Shown here: in pieces, positions 14,871-28,420 of the stretch | Layout: each line of letters opens with the position of its first letter | Position numbering within the stretch: position 1 is the stretch's first letter | NCBI RefSeq assembly: GCF_040938485.1 | Contig: NW_027271040.1 | Span: 3,286,001-3,350,000 of the forward strand | DNA: 64,000 nt | Direction: 5' to 3' | From: Diadema antillarum | Taxonomy: Eukaryota | The notes under the pieces: model-generated | Database searches by the model: none | Told to the model about the DNA's origin: nothing | What the model saw: the letters and a program-made list of their open reading frames with translations, nothing else | Translations under genes and position numbers: made by a program

Positions 14871-15761
14871 TTAACGTGTCTGGAGTGACAGAGAAGGGAT
14901 CAGGTTTTCTCTGATCTTAGTTCGGTTTCTCACTTCCAGACAGGACAAAATCAAAAGTAATCTCTTCCTGGAGTGGCTCAGTAAGATCTCTTCCTGTTAG
15001 TATCACATCCTCTGCAAGCTCAGAAACTCTTGGCTGCACTATCAGCTTTTGTCTTGATGTGGATTAGCCATTTTTTGCACATCATTGTGCCTCCCCGGGG
15101 TCAAAGTTCACAGTCATTTTACAGATTTGACCTGCTTCCTACTCCAGTAATCGACTGTTTGCTCAAAAACAAAACCAAAAAGGGAAATATAATTTGTTTC
15201 ATTTTCATTATTTACCATTTTTATCATTTGCTTTAATAGTCCTGATTTTGAGAAGTTGATTGCTTCAGTGAGAGTTCCTAATCATTCAAAGGGAATATAC
15301 ACATCTCAATATTTGTGTGTATTTCACAGAGATTGCTTTGAATCTTGTGCATATTTGTCCAGGTATTTTCAGGTAGACAGTTGATCATTCTATCAAAAAA
15401 GTGTTAAACACAGTGATGTATTTACATCAGGATCCTTGAACTCAAGATGGCACTGGTAATCAGGACAGTCTGTCTGAAATTTCATCTCAAACTGTCCTCA
15501 CGGAAAGTTGCATAGGGTATAAAAGTATTTTTGACCTTTCTTTTTATGTTTTCTATGCTCAGCATTCTTCATAATGTTGCAATCACCATGTAAGCATGAT
15601 GTAATGACCACACAACATACACACCAGTCAGTTTTGTGATGCAGCGTGCCCCTTTATACGTGAGAACACCTCCACCATCTCCTGGCATGTCACACACGCA
15701 TGCACATCTTACACATGGAGCCACAGTTTGAAATGCAGCAAGTTCAAATGTAAGTAAAATA

Positions 15762-15947
15762 CAGTGGACTCCCGTTATAACGAAGTCCTTGGGACCGGCA
15801 GTTTTCTTTCATTATATTAAAATTTCATTATAACTGAACAAATAAACAATTAAAATACATAGAGTGGATAATCATGCGGCCTAAATTTTTACTTCATTGT
15901 AACCAGAATTTCATTAAAACTGTGTTCGTTATAACTTGAGTGCACTG
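15762..15947 (+). mobile_element. Tigger/pogo-type MITE (family with copies at 21393-21566 and 34287-34475)
   Basis: TA|CAGTGGACTCCCGTTATAACG ... GTTATAACTTGAGTGCACTG. The internal sequence is shared with the other two copies. Confidence 0.85.
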
Positions 15948-16934
15948 AACACGAGTTAAACTCAAGGGAAGCTACGTTGTAAGTACAAAGCATCATTTAT
16001 CTATTTAACCATGATGGAACTGTTCTTCTATTTGTCATTTCAAATAAAATTTTCTGAAACTCTGCCAGAACAATTTTCTAGAGCAATGCCATATATGAGA
16101 ACTGGACAGATTAAACTGGACAGAGACTACACAGCAGAAGCTATAGCAACCGAGTGGGACAAGTATGGGGATCAGTAGATGACTTGGCCGATCCAGGCAG
16201 GAGGTGACCAATCAGAAGAGAGAAGAGACAGAGTAGAGAGACGGATTAAAGCGATTGCAGATATTATATGGATATTGGGTCAGGGATAAGACTTAAATGG
16301 ATTTGCTGGATACAGAGGGATGAAGATGATTGCGGGGGAAGGGTTCAAACAGTAGCTGCATTTCTCAACAATTTCAGTTTGCAACAGTCTGCAAAGCAGA
16401 TCTGTAGAAAAATGCAGGGTGTATAGTTATAAGCCAAGCAACCCTACAGTGAACATATACTGCTGTGAGGGAGCAGCATGCTGTTAGAAGGACTCATTCA
16501 GAAATATTTTTGTTTCTTTTTTGCTCGAAATGAATAAATACTCGACGACGTTGTTGTTGCCGTTGTGGTGGTGGTTGTTGTTGTTGTTGTTGTTCAAGAA
16601 AGTTTCATAGCAAAACATAGTAGCTTGTATTATAATTATAGTCATCTTGGATCATCGCTGAAAAAACATCTAAAATAAAACACTAAACATATCTTACATG
16701 ATATATTGTATTTACAAGTCATAACATTAGAAGATATCTCTTTGTGAAGGTTTTTCAAAATCTCAAACTAAAAATGTGGCAAATGATATTACAGATGTAT
16801 GTAAATGGACATTGATTTTTAAACCATCAGTGCCCATAGCTGTGTGATGTGATAGCAGTTTCTGAGTTTTGTTTCATTTCCTTGATTGCTAAAATCTCTC
16901 TGTAATGCTCCCCCCCCCCACCGCCATACTATAG

Positions 16935-17897
16935 TATACGAATAATTTATGAGTTGTGAGTGCATAGGGCACGAATATCGCACGAGGCGCGAGATGAGCC
17001 ACTGGTCTATTCAACAAGGCGCGTAGCGCCGCGTTGAATAGACCAGTGGCGAATCTCGCGCCGAGTGCGGTATTACATGCCCCAATGCACGAACAAAATC
17101 ATAAATTATTCGTTTTATACAACACCTTGTCCACAATCACAATACAAAATTAGTGACCGCCAACTCAGGAAGGCCCAAAAATAAATGTAACAATTAGGCA
17201 GAGAATTGTAAACCACCCTGTGTACTGCTTTCAAACACTCGTCATGATTCGACCACACAGTCACAGGAATCACGAACTCCCCAGGGTCTATACCCATTCT
17301 ACGCTAACGTTAGATCGAGTTAGGCCTGACTGTTAGGTCGATCTGAGATGTCGGTAGATCTAGTAGTAGGTCTAGACTTTGTCTATTTCCGAAAATGATT
17401 TTGTATAAAAACACAGAAAAATAATCAAATTACGGTTTCTCAACTTGAAATGAAGTCTTGATGTTGGGATCACTGTGGTCCACGTAGCAGATCAGAGTCA
17501 AAAGTAAAAACACAGCAGTACCACTAGGTGTATACAGGCCGCGATACATGCAACTAGCTAGGTAAAGTAACTGCGCGTACACGTTTGCAGTACTCCGCCG
17601 CGCCTGGTCTGTGAGACTTACCGGCAGCGCAGCGCAGCCGGCCAGCACGTACACTGTACAATGTAGTTTGCTGGCGCTTTGCTACGGGTGTGAGCCACAG
17701 AACTCTGTGAGCGGCCATGCATTAGTAGCCCCCCACGAAGCCGTGCTATAGTACCTTCGAGCCGTGCAATAGGCCCATGCCAGGGGCCTATTGTATGGCT
17801 GTCACTCTCAATGAGTTTGATAGGTATTTTCTATTGAATGTCATGTGACATGTCCTTGGCCAATCACAATTCGACATCATTCTGAGGTGTTGTATAA
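16935..17897 (-). mobile_element. Non-autonomous element with a terminal ~176-bp hairpin and an asymmetric 13-bp inverted repeat (Crypton-like architecture)
   Basis: Imperfect palindrome 16938-17113 centred on GCGCGTAGCGCCGC; TTATACAACACCT (17115-17127) is inverted at 17885-17897; small hairpin at 17761-17799; CpG-rich interior. The family assignment is inference only. Confidence 0.55.
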
Positions 17898-18320
17898 TCA
17901 AGAGATAGACAGATTCTGAGTGACCTATATAGAAGGTGATGAATAAGGACAAAAACCAACAAGTTAGTGAAAATACATAATGTAAAATGTAATATTACAC
18001 ATGATCACAGATAAAGAGCTTTACTGCAAGGGTCATCACCTGATGAGGTTCAGTCAGTATCTGTTTGACACTCCAAACAGCGCTGTGCAATGGAGGGCCT
18101 CCACAGGAGGTATTACAACACAGAGGATAACAGGGTTTAATTGAGGAAGCAGATCGAACTACACTGGATGCTCGAGGCTCCAACCAAGAAGGAAATGGCC
18201 TCTCTTTATCAGCATGATGAGCACACACCACTTAGAAGCCCCACCCGCTTTTATCTCTTCCATGATTGCAACTTGCATTAATTAAGAGCAATGGCGAATG
18301 AGCTTGACCATGTCGCATAA

Positions 18321-18514
18321 TACTGCAAAACAAAGAATGTTCACGTGCATTTTAATTTCACTAATTTCGCGAGCGCCAAAATTCGCGAAATTTCTTGTGT
18401 ACACTATATGTATTGAATGCCAGTGGCAACTAGCGAAAATTTCATGTCACGAAAAAGGCTGTCAGCTCCAATTCGCAAAAATTTCGTGCCGTGAATAAAT
18501 CATGTTTTACAGTA
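18321..18514. mobile_element. TA-flanked MITE (TACTG/TACCG...CAGTA family; close copy at 47519-47718)
   Basis: TACTGCAAAACA ... TGTTTTACAGTA. The internal AATTTCGCGAGCGCCAA and GGCTCCAATTCGCAAAAATTT motifs are shared with 47519-47718. Confidence 0.85.
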
Positions 18515-21392
18515 CCGTAGTTTGTATACTTGCACCATTGACAAATTGTATTGTGTCATAAAAGGACAAGATGTAGCTATTTGATATAGGTGCATAATAC
18601 CAAATCCCACAAGATCACATTAACGCACAGAAAAAACAAAAACAAAAAAAAACACATGCCCACACACACACGTTACAGAATATCAACAACATGAGAAATC
18701 AGCTGGGATATAAGTAATTATTTTGCAACTGAATGAGCTGCAAGATTTTTAATGTACTTTTGTTTTTCATGTAGCAACATTTCCTGGGGCCATCTTCCCA
18801 GCCGAACTTTGCTTATGAAGATGATTCATGCTTCCAATTATCATCTTAGAACTGTACTGTAAGTATTTCCTCTCACAGTGTTCAATCAACATGAAATTGC
18901 TTCATATCTTAATTTTGTTTTCTAGTAAACATAATGAACATGATGTGTATTGATTTTGCATCTTATGATTATATCAACACTTTGATGAACTGTGTTACAT
19001 TGCATTGGCAATAGAATGCAGGAATAAACTTAACAGAATGTGGTTACATAAAGAAGTAAACATTCATTTATCTGTTTTCCTTTAATTCTATTATCACATT
19101 CAGCTATATTCACTGCACCTTTAAAATTCCTTTGCTGCCTGCGGAGTTCAAACAAACTTTGTTGTAACTCGCCAATCGCACTAATATGTCCTCGCTCATG
19201 TGAAACAATCACACTAAATTGAACACAAAAGAAGCTAATTGCCCATAAAAAGCAAAACAGACATGGCAGCAGCGGCAACCGTGACACTGTCCCGTTGTTA
19301 ACTGCAAAAAAAGTATCAGTACAGCGATTTAATAGCAAACTATTACAGTCCATCAGAACTAAATTAAAAGCCTTGATGTCCGTGGTCCGATGGTGCTGCA
19401 TTTGAAGTGATGTGGTGTCATCTCTAATTACAGCGGTCTGGGCTGCACTATCACTGACATGTTTGAAGCTGAAGTTGGTCCGATGATCATTACATGATTG
19501 AGATAATAAAGGTCACAGTTAATGAGTCTCAAATAAAGTGACTTTTACATTACACCTTGTCCTTTAATTAGACTGTCTTTCAAAAAGGAATCTGATGACA
19601 TGAAGGGGAAGGCTTTTCAAATTTTAAGGTTATTCCATCTCTGGAACAACGGATAACTTGGCAACAACAACAAAAAAGTTGTTTTATGTGTTGGCAAGGA
19701 ACATAATCTCCACCATTAATAATACACCACATCAATTTGTAAAACGAGAAGTCCTTCATCAGAATGTGTCACATATAGGGCATACATCTAAACACTAATC
19801 AAAGACACTGCCATATACAGCCACTGAAAAAAAAAATCCCTCCTGGAGAAAAGCCATGTTAGAGACCCTGTCCGTAGCAGCCACCTGTTAATAGCGGCCA
19901 TGATGTCATCTCCCTTGGGTGGGTGCTGTAGACAGGTTTGACAGTATCTATACCCTGAAAAGCGCCATTCTTGCAACAAATCATGTCTTCCGTGCAGTCA
20001 GTACCGCTCGGACCGACCGATGAAGGTGTACTGTTGATGCCAGCAACACCATCCGGCTCTATTCTACTAATCCGCTCCGTCACACTCGCAGGAGGCTAAT
20101 AAATTACAGACAAACTCATTCCACTAGGGCAGAGAAAATTTCACCCCTTCCTCGATCTTTTCACCACCTTCCCTGATTACCACAGTCCTGGGTCTACAAC
20201 CATAGATGCTGGACTATGGCTCCTCAATGAGCAAGGGAGACAACACCAACACCCCACTTCAATACCTCCATGTATAAAATCTGATTTGAGCGAGAGACAA
20301 ATTTTACCCTTGGCACACTTTTATGACCTTCCCAAGCTGCTTAAAAGTACTTTTTACAATGAATATGTCTGTAATGGACACATAAATTAGGTAACTTGGA
20401 ATGAAATTATTATTTGGTTGTTACACGATAAATTAGTCATAGATTGTAGCTCTGACTCCATGTATCCAGTGGGATTTGATGTCAAAGAGAAATGGGTTGT
20501 ATCAGCTTTTAAAAGATGACCATGGTACTCCCTTTTCTACCACACTCAAAGTTTCAGGCAGTTAGGCTATATAGTGACAAAGTCTGACTACTCCATGTTA
20601 ACAAAACACACATTTAGAAGCATGTTTTCAGAAATGTGATAACAAGAGTTTTTAGGTAAAGAGTAAAATTCCAACAATTCTGCTTCAAAACTATCAGTCC
20701 AAAAATCTTTTGTAAAGTTAGACAAGTATATATACAACTATCAACATAACAATGTGTGCACAGCCCTGCTCCATCCAATTATTGTTATTTATATCTTTGC
20801 CAGCGTGCAAACAAAAACCATGATCTATGCAGCAGTTTCCACCTTTCTCTTTCTCTAGCAATATCTCAATTTTTGAATAACTAATCCTGGCCAAAGCCGA
20901 GACCGCAGGACCAGACAGCAGAACAATGGTCACGGTAACCTCAAAATTTTATCACTGAGAGGGGGGAAGGAAGGGACAAAGAAATTTGAGTGGTAACCAG
21001 CTCCTGGATGGGCAGGTGTGTTGACAAACCTTCAATGATCCCTGACCAAAATGTTTTCTTATTAGTGGAAAAAGGTCATTTCTGGATACCCACCATGCAT
21101 ATCAAAGCCACAAGGAGAAAGTTTGGATGGCTTATCGGTAGATTATCTGGTTAGAAATGCATGCTGGTTATTTCAAATTTGGGCATTTCTAGTAGCACTT
21201 TTTTTTTTCTCCTAGTGAAACACCACAAAGGGCAGTAATTTCCATAGAAATTTACCCGGTAAAGACAAGTTCCGAGTACACTCGGGCAGGTGTCTAAGGG
21301 AAATGCATGTTGTAGCAATATCAGCCCATCCTCAATACTTCTGGTGGAATTCTCTTCTTATCTTAGCATCCTCCTACATTGGACTCGATCCC

Positions 21393-21566
21393 TTTATTAT
21401 GAAGTCCTCAGGACCGGCAGTTTTCTTTCCTTATATCAAAATTTCATTATAACCAAACAAATAAACAATAAAAATACATAGAGCGGATAATGTTGCAGCC
21501 TGAATTTTTACTTCATTGTAACCGGAATTTCGTTATAACCGTGTCCATTATAACAGGAGTGCACTG
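21393..21566 (+). mobile_element. Tigger-type MITE copy, 5' end eroded
   Basis: Colinear with 15762-15947 (GGACCGGCAGTTTTCTTTC...GAGTGCACTG|TA). Confidence 0.85.
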
Positions 21567-21980
21567 TACTGAACATTTATATTTGAATTTATATACACTA
21601 GGATAAACTAAAATAGACCCTTTTGATCTACTATTCCTCTGTGAGACACAACTACTACTTTGAAGTATCTCTATCAAATTTCTAGTTGAGGATATGTATT
21701 TTAGCATGTTCAGCTAGATTATGGAAAGACAGCTAGAACAGTGAAACATATTATCAGGTATTTGATATAAAAAACTGCCTTGATAACAGCACATGAAGAC
21801 TGGTACAAATTACATCACGGCAATAAAAGTAATTGGGCAGTTTACAACACCTTACGACTTGCTTCAATCTAAAACGATTTTTTTTTTCTTGGCAAAACCA
21901 GAGCACAGAAACACCAGCAGGTATTCCAGCCAATGTTTGAATAGCTGCATCATGTGAAACGTCATTTTCAAAACACACTT

Positions 21981-22798
21981 GGGTAATTCCATGAAGTTGG
22001 GGCAGTGTCCATGTAGCATCGTGATATTTAACAAATACATTTCAGCATAACTCAATATTAATTATGCTATACATTTATTGTTTGTAGGCTATACATTTGC
22101 ATTGAGGCCACACATTTTCCTGGAAATTTTGTGCCATTCAGACTCAATTTTGATGAAGTTATTAAATAATATGTAACAGTGTCCTGTAGCATCGTGAGGT
22201 GTCCATGTAGCATCATATTTTAAAATTTGGTCCTAAGAGACAAATTATGGCAATTAGCTTGACCAAAATTTGATGCAATATGCATATTTACAAGATATGA
22301 ATAAGATAGCTGAATATCTCAAATTTCCTGTACACAATTTTAATTTTAAAAGAAAATTACAAAATGTATCACGATGCTATGCGGTGTCCTTTTTTGCGAC
22401 ATTTGGTGGACACCGCGTAGCATAGTGACACATTGTGTAATTTTCTTGTAAAAGTGAAACTGTGGAAAGGAGAGTTAAGATATTTAGCTATCTGACTAAT
22501 CTAGTAATTATGCATATTATATCAAATTTTGGTCAAGCTAATTGCATTAATTTGTCTTTTAGGACCAGATTTTAACTATCATGATGCTACATGGACACGT
22601 CACGATGCTACAGGACACCGTTACATATCGTTTTAATAACATCATCAAAAATGAGTCTGAATGGCACAAAATTTCCAGGAAAATGTACGGTCTCAATACA
22701 AATGTAAAGCCTATAAACAAACAATATATGTATAGCATAATTAGTATTGAGTTATGCTAAAATGTCACACTTTGTGCCCCAACTTCACGGAATTACCC
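21981..22798. mobile_element. 818-bp foldback DNA element with a 4-bp TSD (ACTT); Sola2-like
   Basis: ACTT|GGGTAATTCCATGAAGTTGGGGCA ... TGCCCCAACTTCACGGAATTACCC|ACTT (23/24 outer TIR match). The arms stay complementary almost to the centre near 22390-22410. The superfamily is an inference. Confidence 0.8.
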
Positions 22799-25436
22799 AC
22801 TTACGATGTACGTAAAATGTTTTTACTATGTTCAATAAGTGTACTCATTAAAACGGTCAATCCTATAAAAGAGCTAAATTTCAGATAAATGTATGGTTCA
22901 ATGTATTGTCGTCACTATGTTCTATTATTTAAAACAGTGGTGAAGGTTATGAAACAATACAAAATTCATATTCTTTTATAAACGCACACAAAAATATACA
23001 AAATAAAGTGAGATTAATGCAGTGATACACTGTATGTGAGGCAAAGAGAGGACTGAAAACATCTTGCACGATTCATCATAATACGGCAATCTTGTAACAG
23101 TGGACCAAGAGAGGATCGAGAGACAGAACGTGAAAAAAAAGAAGAGAGAATCTTTCGGTGGAAGAGGTGATCAATCAATTCTCATTAGCAGCACAAGATG
23201 GCCATCGGAGGTAGCCAAGCACGAAATGGACTGAGAATGAGTGTATAGAAAAGGAGTGTGCCATCATTGAATTTCTGCCTCTTTGGACCAACAGGTGCAC
23301 CAATACCTCCGTAAAAGCATGCGACCAATCTCAATCAAAGTGTCGGAATGCGCCCTTCTACTTACGAGAGGGGAAAAAAATAGAATAAAAGAAACTGATG
23401 GCTACCAGAATAAAAGGATGGCGGGAAATCCAGAGAGGACAAAAGGAGGTCTGGATACGAGATTTGAGCGGTAGAAATGAGGAGTTTTTAAGGCTTTGAA
23501 CTCGTGTGAGCTGCACTGTGTGTAAATATGGCAACAATGGGCACGTGTCTGGGGCTAAATCAAATGTTTGTTATTGATTACGTTGTACGCTTACACAGGA
23601 TTCTGGAACCAAGTTCCAATTGGCACAAATTTATCAAAACTGCATTGAAATACACTTTTTGTTGGTGTATATCTTTGAAAAATGTGAATAATGGGCATTA
23701 AAAAGAGAGAGATTTAGAAATCTGGGTATCTTCAACTGGGAATTTTTATTTTATGAATTATACCCAAGTATTATATCATGATTCTGGCGCCTGGACAAGG
23801 TTGTTCAAAAGCATTTTCATTGCTTCTCTAGTACTATCCAATATACATGAATCATAAAAAATTTTTAAATGGGACAGCTGGCATCTATTCAGTATTTTTA
23901 GGTTCCAAATTTAAAGAAACAGATCATTCTATCTCACAATCAAAATTCCATCAAGTCATTCCCAATTACAGTGCAATCGTTGAAACGATTCTGAGTAGGA
24001 ACCAAAGTTCACCATTTGTGCAAACTACCCCTTTACCACTACCAGCAGTGTGTGTGAGTGTGCACCCAGCCACCCACCTGCACTCTTGTGATTTTTCACT
24101 CCAATAATTCAATGAGAACTAGATTCAGCCCTTTCATTGGCATTGACCGTACCATCACTGATGATTGAATGATAATGGAAACAAAACATGAGGAGAAGTG
24201 TGGTGGGGTTGCAAGCACATGTTTGAGGTATCCTTCACTTTTTGTCTGGTGTTGTTTTCTCAAAATGATGCACATTGCTAAAAGAGTCAATATAGACTGC
24301 AAACAGCAGTTAAGTCATTTCACCATCATCCATACGCTCAATATCACACAGCATTATCATGACATCCTTTGTTCCAAGTGGACTGAAAGAAAGTTAGGAC
24401 AATGTTCTGCTGTTGACAGCTATCATACCATCACATCATATCACACTTGATTGCAACCATGTCGTTGACAGTACAATGAGACAACCACATGAACTCTACT
24501 ACAAAGTCTTTCATTCTTACTACCATCATAACCGAAGTCTTACATGTTGTGGCATTAAAAAAAAAAAAAAAAAAAAAATCATCATACGTACTTACTCTAA
24601 CCTGTGCATAGAGAAAAAAAACCCAATATATCACTTTTTTTTTATTTGAGATACCATATTCGAGACTAAGTCTGCTGAATGTTAGAAAAACAATAAAACG
24701 TGTTAATTTCAAAAATACATTTATTGCTACATGATGAGTACAGTATCATTGAAAATGTTTCATTTTTCTCAATTTGCAGATGACCTACTCAAAAAAAAAA
24801 TGAATCTTATCGGTTTTAGCATTCAAACTCTTCATATCCAGATATCTAGTTTGTGATGTGTAGTCTCAATTCATATTATTAGAAAACAGGGATATTAAAA
24901 AACAAATCAATAGCTGGAAAAATTTTTCCAAAATAAATCATGGTTAGAGTCCAAACTGAAATGGTTGAAAAACCGTCAAAGTTCTGGAAACCCTTTCCAT
25001 TTTCATTGGTGCAGACAATATATCATTGCTGCTCATTCTGGCATTCAAACTGAATTTGCATCAAACCACAAACCCATCTTCAGATGCTCAATATTACAAG
25101 CTGCCTGGCATGACGCAAATCTCTCGTTTGAAGAGGCTACACCCCAGTAAATAATGCCAGTGCATATCTTGGCAATCAATGACTTAAAGTCAAAGATATA
25201 AAACACCTGTTTCTTGACCCTGGCCTAATCTAAGCATCAGTCATCGCCACAGCGCCACAGGAGGGGGGGGGGCACCGCGAGAGGAGGAGATTGTTTTGGT
25301 TTTGGCATGGGCCATGTAGCTCCATGGTGCGTGTGTGTGTGTACGTGTGTGTGTGTGTGAGTGTAGACATTCAGCGTATGCAGACAGAGCATGCCTGTAC
25401 TGTAGTGACCGGAACTATTGTCATTCCATGTTGCTC

Positions 25437-25566
25437 NNNNNNNNNNNNNNNNNNNNNNNNNNNNNNNNNNNNNNNNNNNNNNNNNNNNNNNNNNNNNNNN
25501 NNNNNNNNNNNNNNNNNNNNNNNNNNNNNNNNNNNNNNNNNNNNNNNNNNNNNNNNNNNNNNNNNN
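25437..25566. other. Assembly gap (130 N)
   Basis: Run of N. Confidence 0.99.
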
Positions 25567-26161
25567 CAGGCTGATTGTAACCAGGGAGGTAGTCTCACCT
25601 CCCCGTTGTAACTCACTGCCAAATAGCACATTGTCAGCACCGGCAAACTGGCAATGCTCTCCTTCTTATTCCTGTATTTTCGTTATTTACGGGTCGATTT
25701 TTTTCGTTCGAAATGTAAAATGGATGACCATAGAATTTCTCAATAGAATATAAAATTGAAAACTTTAGAAAGGATAGAGAAAATTGAGTTCACTTTGAAT
25801 GGTCTGCCACAGGCAGATATCCTTATCATGCTCTTACGTAATACGACAGCTGCTTTCTCAATGATCCAGTCAGCAGGCTGATTGTAACCAGGGAGGTAGT
25901 CTCACCTCCCCGTTGTAACTCACTGCCAAATAGCACATTGTCAGCACCGGCAAACTAGCAATGCTCTCTTTCTTATTCCTGTATTTTCGTTATTTACGGG
26001 TCAATTTTTTTCGTTCGAAATGTAAAATGGATGACCATAGAATTTCTCAATAGAATATAAAATTGAAAACTTTAGAAAGGATAGAGAAAATTGAGTTCAC
26101 TTTGAATGGTCTGCCACAGGCAGATATCCTTATCATGCTCTTACGTAATACGACAGCTGCT
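25567..26161. repeat. Two-copy ~307-bp tandem duplication abutting the gap
   Basis: CAGGCTGATTGTAACCAGGGAGG... starts at 25567 and 25874 with only a few substitutions. It may be real or an uncollapsed-haplotype artefact. Confidence 0.85.
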
Positions 26162-27019
26162 GGAGTCATCAAACCCTGGCTTGGCCTCCAGGTTTGTCAC
26201 GCCTGAGCAGAAAGTTTATTTGCAATGGACAAGTCCTTCGACTCCCAACTCCCAAACGACGAATATACGCACCCCACTTTGGGTATGCCCCAGTTGGGGA
26301 CTCGCCTCAAACGAGGGATTGACGGCATGGGCTGTGATAATTCATTCACTCTCCATCATACACTGTGTGTGTCAGGTTCAGCTACTTTTATGTTTCCCCA
26401 CAATAACAATTTTGACTCACCTACCCAAGAGGCTTATAACTCAATCAAAACACTTCTAACCATGTTCTACCATCTCCCCCAACAAGCATCAGATGAGAGA
26501 GGGAGGAAAAAACAGAGCCCAAATTCTGCCATCTCAGAGGGCACGACAATTACATCAGTTTACAGAGAGGTGATTGTCACTGTGTCTTAATGTGATAGGA
26601 CATTGAATACTCTTCAATTTCAGCATTTACCGAGCACAGTTTGAAAGAGACTTTCACTCGACGGCATCTTTCACGCCGAAAAGCGTCATGTAAAAGCACC
26701 AGTATACAAACTATCCCCTCAAGGAATGGAGTATCGAAATTGGCAAACAAAACGATCGATGCAGTTCTGGAAGCGGCCAAGTTTCTGCTGGCCACAGCTG
26801 TCACTATACATGAGCAATGGTCATTGCTAACTTGCCTGTCTGACGACTTGTGTCCACTCCAAGGCTTAGTTCTCTTCACAGACTGCGCTTTTAACCCTTA
26901 CAATGCCAGTCTTCCACACACCTAGGACCAAGAATTAAGGACTGTTTTTGATTATAAAATTCACACACTTTATCTTTTGTCATATGATTTCAAATTGCCC
27001 ATTCCACTGAAAATCTTAA

Positions 27020-27589
27020 AGGACAAGTTCACCTTCATAAACATAAGGATTGAGAAAATGCAACAATATTAGTAGAACACATCAGTGAAAGTTTGAAGAA
27101 AATTGGACAATCGGTGCAAAAGTTATGAATTTTTTAAATTTTTTGAGTTGGAACCGCTGGATGAGGAGACTACTACAGCTTGTGAGTCATATGCGTACAA
27201 CAGTATAAAGAAAATATAAAAGAAAATTCAACATATTTTCACTTTTTTCGCATAATAAAAGAGCAATTGACTTGCCTCTTTCTAAAGGCAGGGGGAATAA
27301 TATTACCCATAACATTTATCGGTAACGAGTCAGGGGAATGTGTACTTTTTTCAAAAGATGGAATTTTGTGAAATTCTCTTTATATTTTCCTTATATTGTT
27401 GTACGCATGTGACATCTAAGTTATTCATACACTGCAGTAGTCTTCTCATCCAGCGGGTACTGCACAAAAACTTCAAAAATTCATAACTTTTGAACGGATT
27501 GTCTGATTTTCCTCAAACTTTCAATGATGTGTTCTACTAATATTGCTACATTCTCTCAATCCTTATGTTTATGAAGGTGAACTTGTCCT
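27020..27589. mobile_element. 570-bp non-autonomous element with long TIRs and TTAA TSD (Kolobok-like)
   Basis: TTAA|AGGACAAGTTCACCTTCATAAACATAAGGATTGAGA ... TCTCAATCCTTATGTTTATGAAGGTGAACTTGTCCT|TTAA; about 160 bp of imperfect TIR. Confidence 0.88.
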
Positions 27590-28009
27590 TTAAATATCTC
27601 TGTTGACATAAGAACATAAGCACTGACCAATTTTATCAAGCCATGAAGACTAGTAATGTCTGGCTTATCCCTTGAATATCAGCTATATTGACTTCATCAT
27701 ATAAAAAAGCACAACTATAAATGTACAACAGGCATTCAATTTATCATTAGAAAAATTTCTAAACATTATCAGGGGTCAGAGTTTGCTGATCTGACATTTT
27801 TTTTTCCAATTATTATCCTAATTATTACTGTGAGTAATGTACATCACAGATCACACAGAGAAGAAAGCTGTTGCAACAACTAGTGCAATCACACATTTTT
27901 TTTTTACATTTTTACTTTTAACATTTAACATCAATTCCTAGACATCCTCACAATCACTACATGATATTTACATATTCTGCTGCGGCAACACATTACTTTT
28001 GAGTAAAAT

Positions 28010-28420
28010 CACATAAATCATAATCATCTTCATCTTTCTCCTCCTCCTCCTCATCCTCCTCCATCATCACCATCACTACAATTATCAGGATTATCATCAC
28101 ATTCACCATCACCATCATAATACTATCAGAGAGTTCTATCAATATAATCATTACCGTCATACCTACTAGCATCATGTCAGTCACTACCTCTGTCATTGAC
28201 ATCATCATAATCATCAACCAATACCTGCCGCCATGATCCCGCCATCATCACCATAATCATCATCATCATCATCATCATCAATATGTGACATCATATCCAT
28301 CAGCATTACAATCACCATCAACACCATTATCATCTTCATCATCACAAACACAAGCACCATCATAGTTATCATCTCATTCATCTTTACATTACAACACATC
28401 ATCAACCGCAAAGTATGATT
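28010..28420. repeat. Degenerate (CAT)n low-complexity tract
   Basis: CAT/ATC/TCA triplets dominate; it explains the Met/Asp/Glu-rich spurious ORFs 27993..28217 and 28214..28444. Confidence 0.9.

Noticed and set aside
19859-19953. C-terminal part of ORF 19859..20083 (TVKPVYSTHPRE...)
   Set aside because: It is the translated end of a Tigger-type MITE (CTGTCAAACCTGTCTACAGC...GGCCGCTATTAACAGG), not protein.
20781-20819. RSS nonamer ACAAAAACC; scattered CACAGTG heptamers elsewhere
   Set aside because: No heptamer at 12- or 23-bp spacing, and none of the heptamers I checked had a nonamer. This is the chance level.
25567-26161. 307-bp duplication as a biological novelty
   Set aside because: It abuts an N-gap, so it may be uncollapsed haplotypes; long reads are needed.
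26423-26922. Possible minus-strand coding exon (ORF 26577..26879)
   Set aside because: All three frames hit stops soon after the candidate acceptor, and the peptide is unrecognisable.
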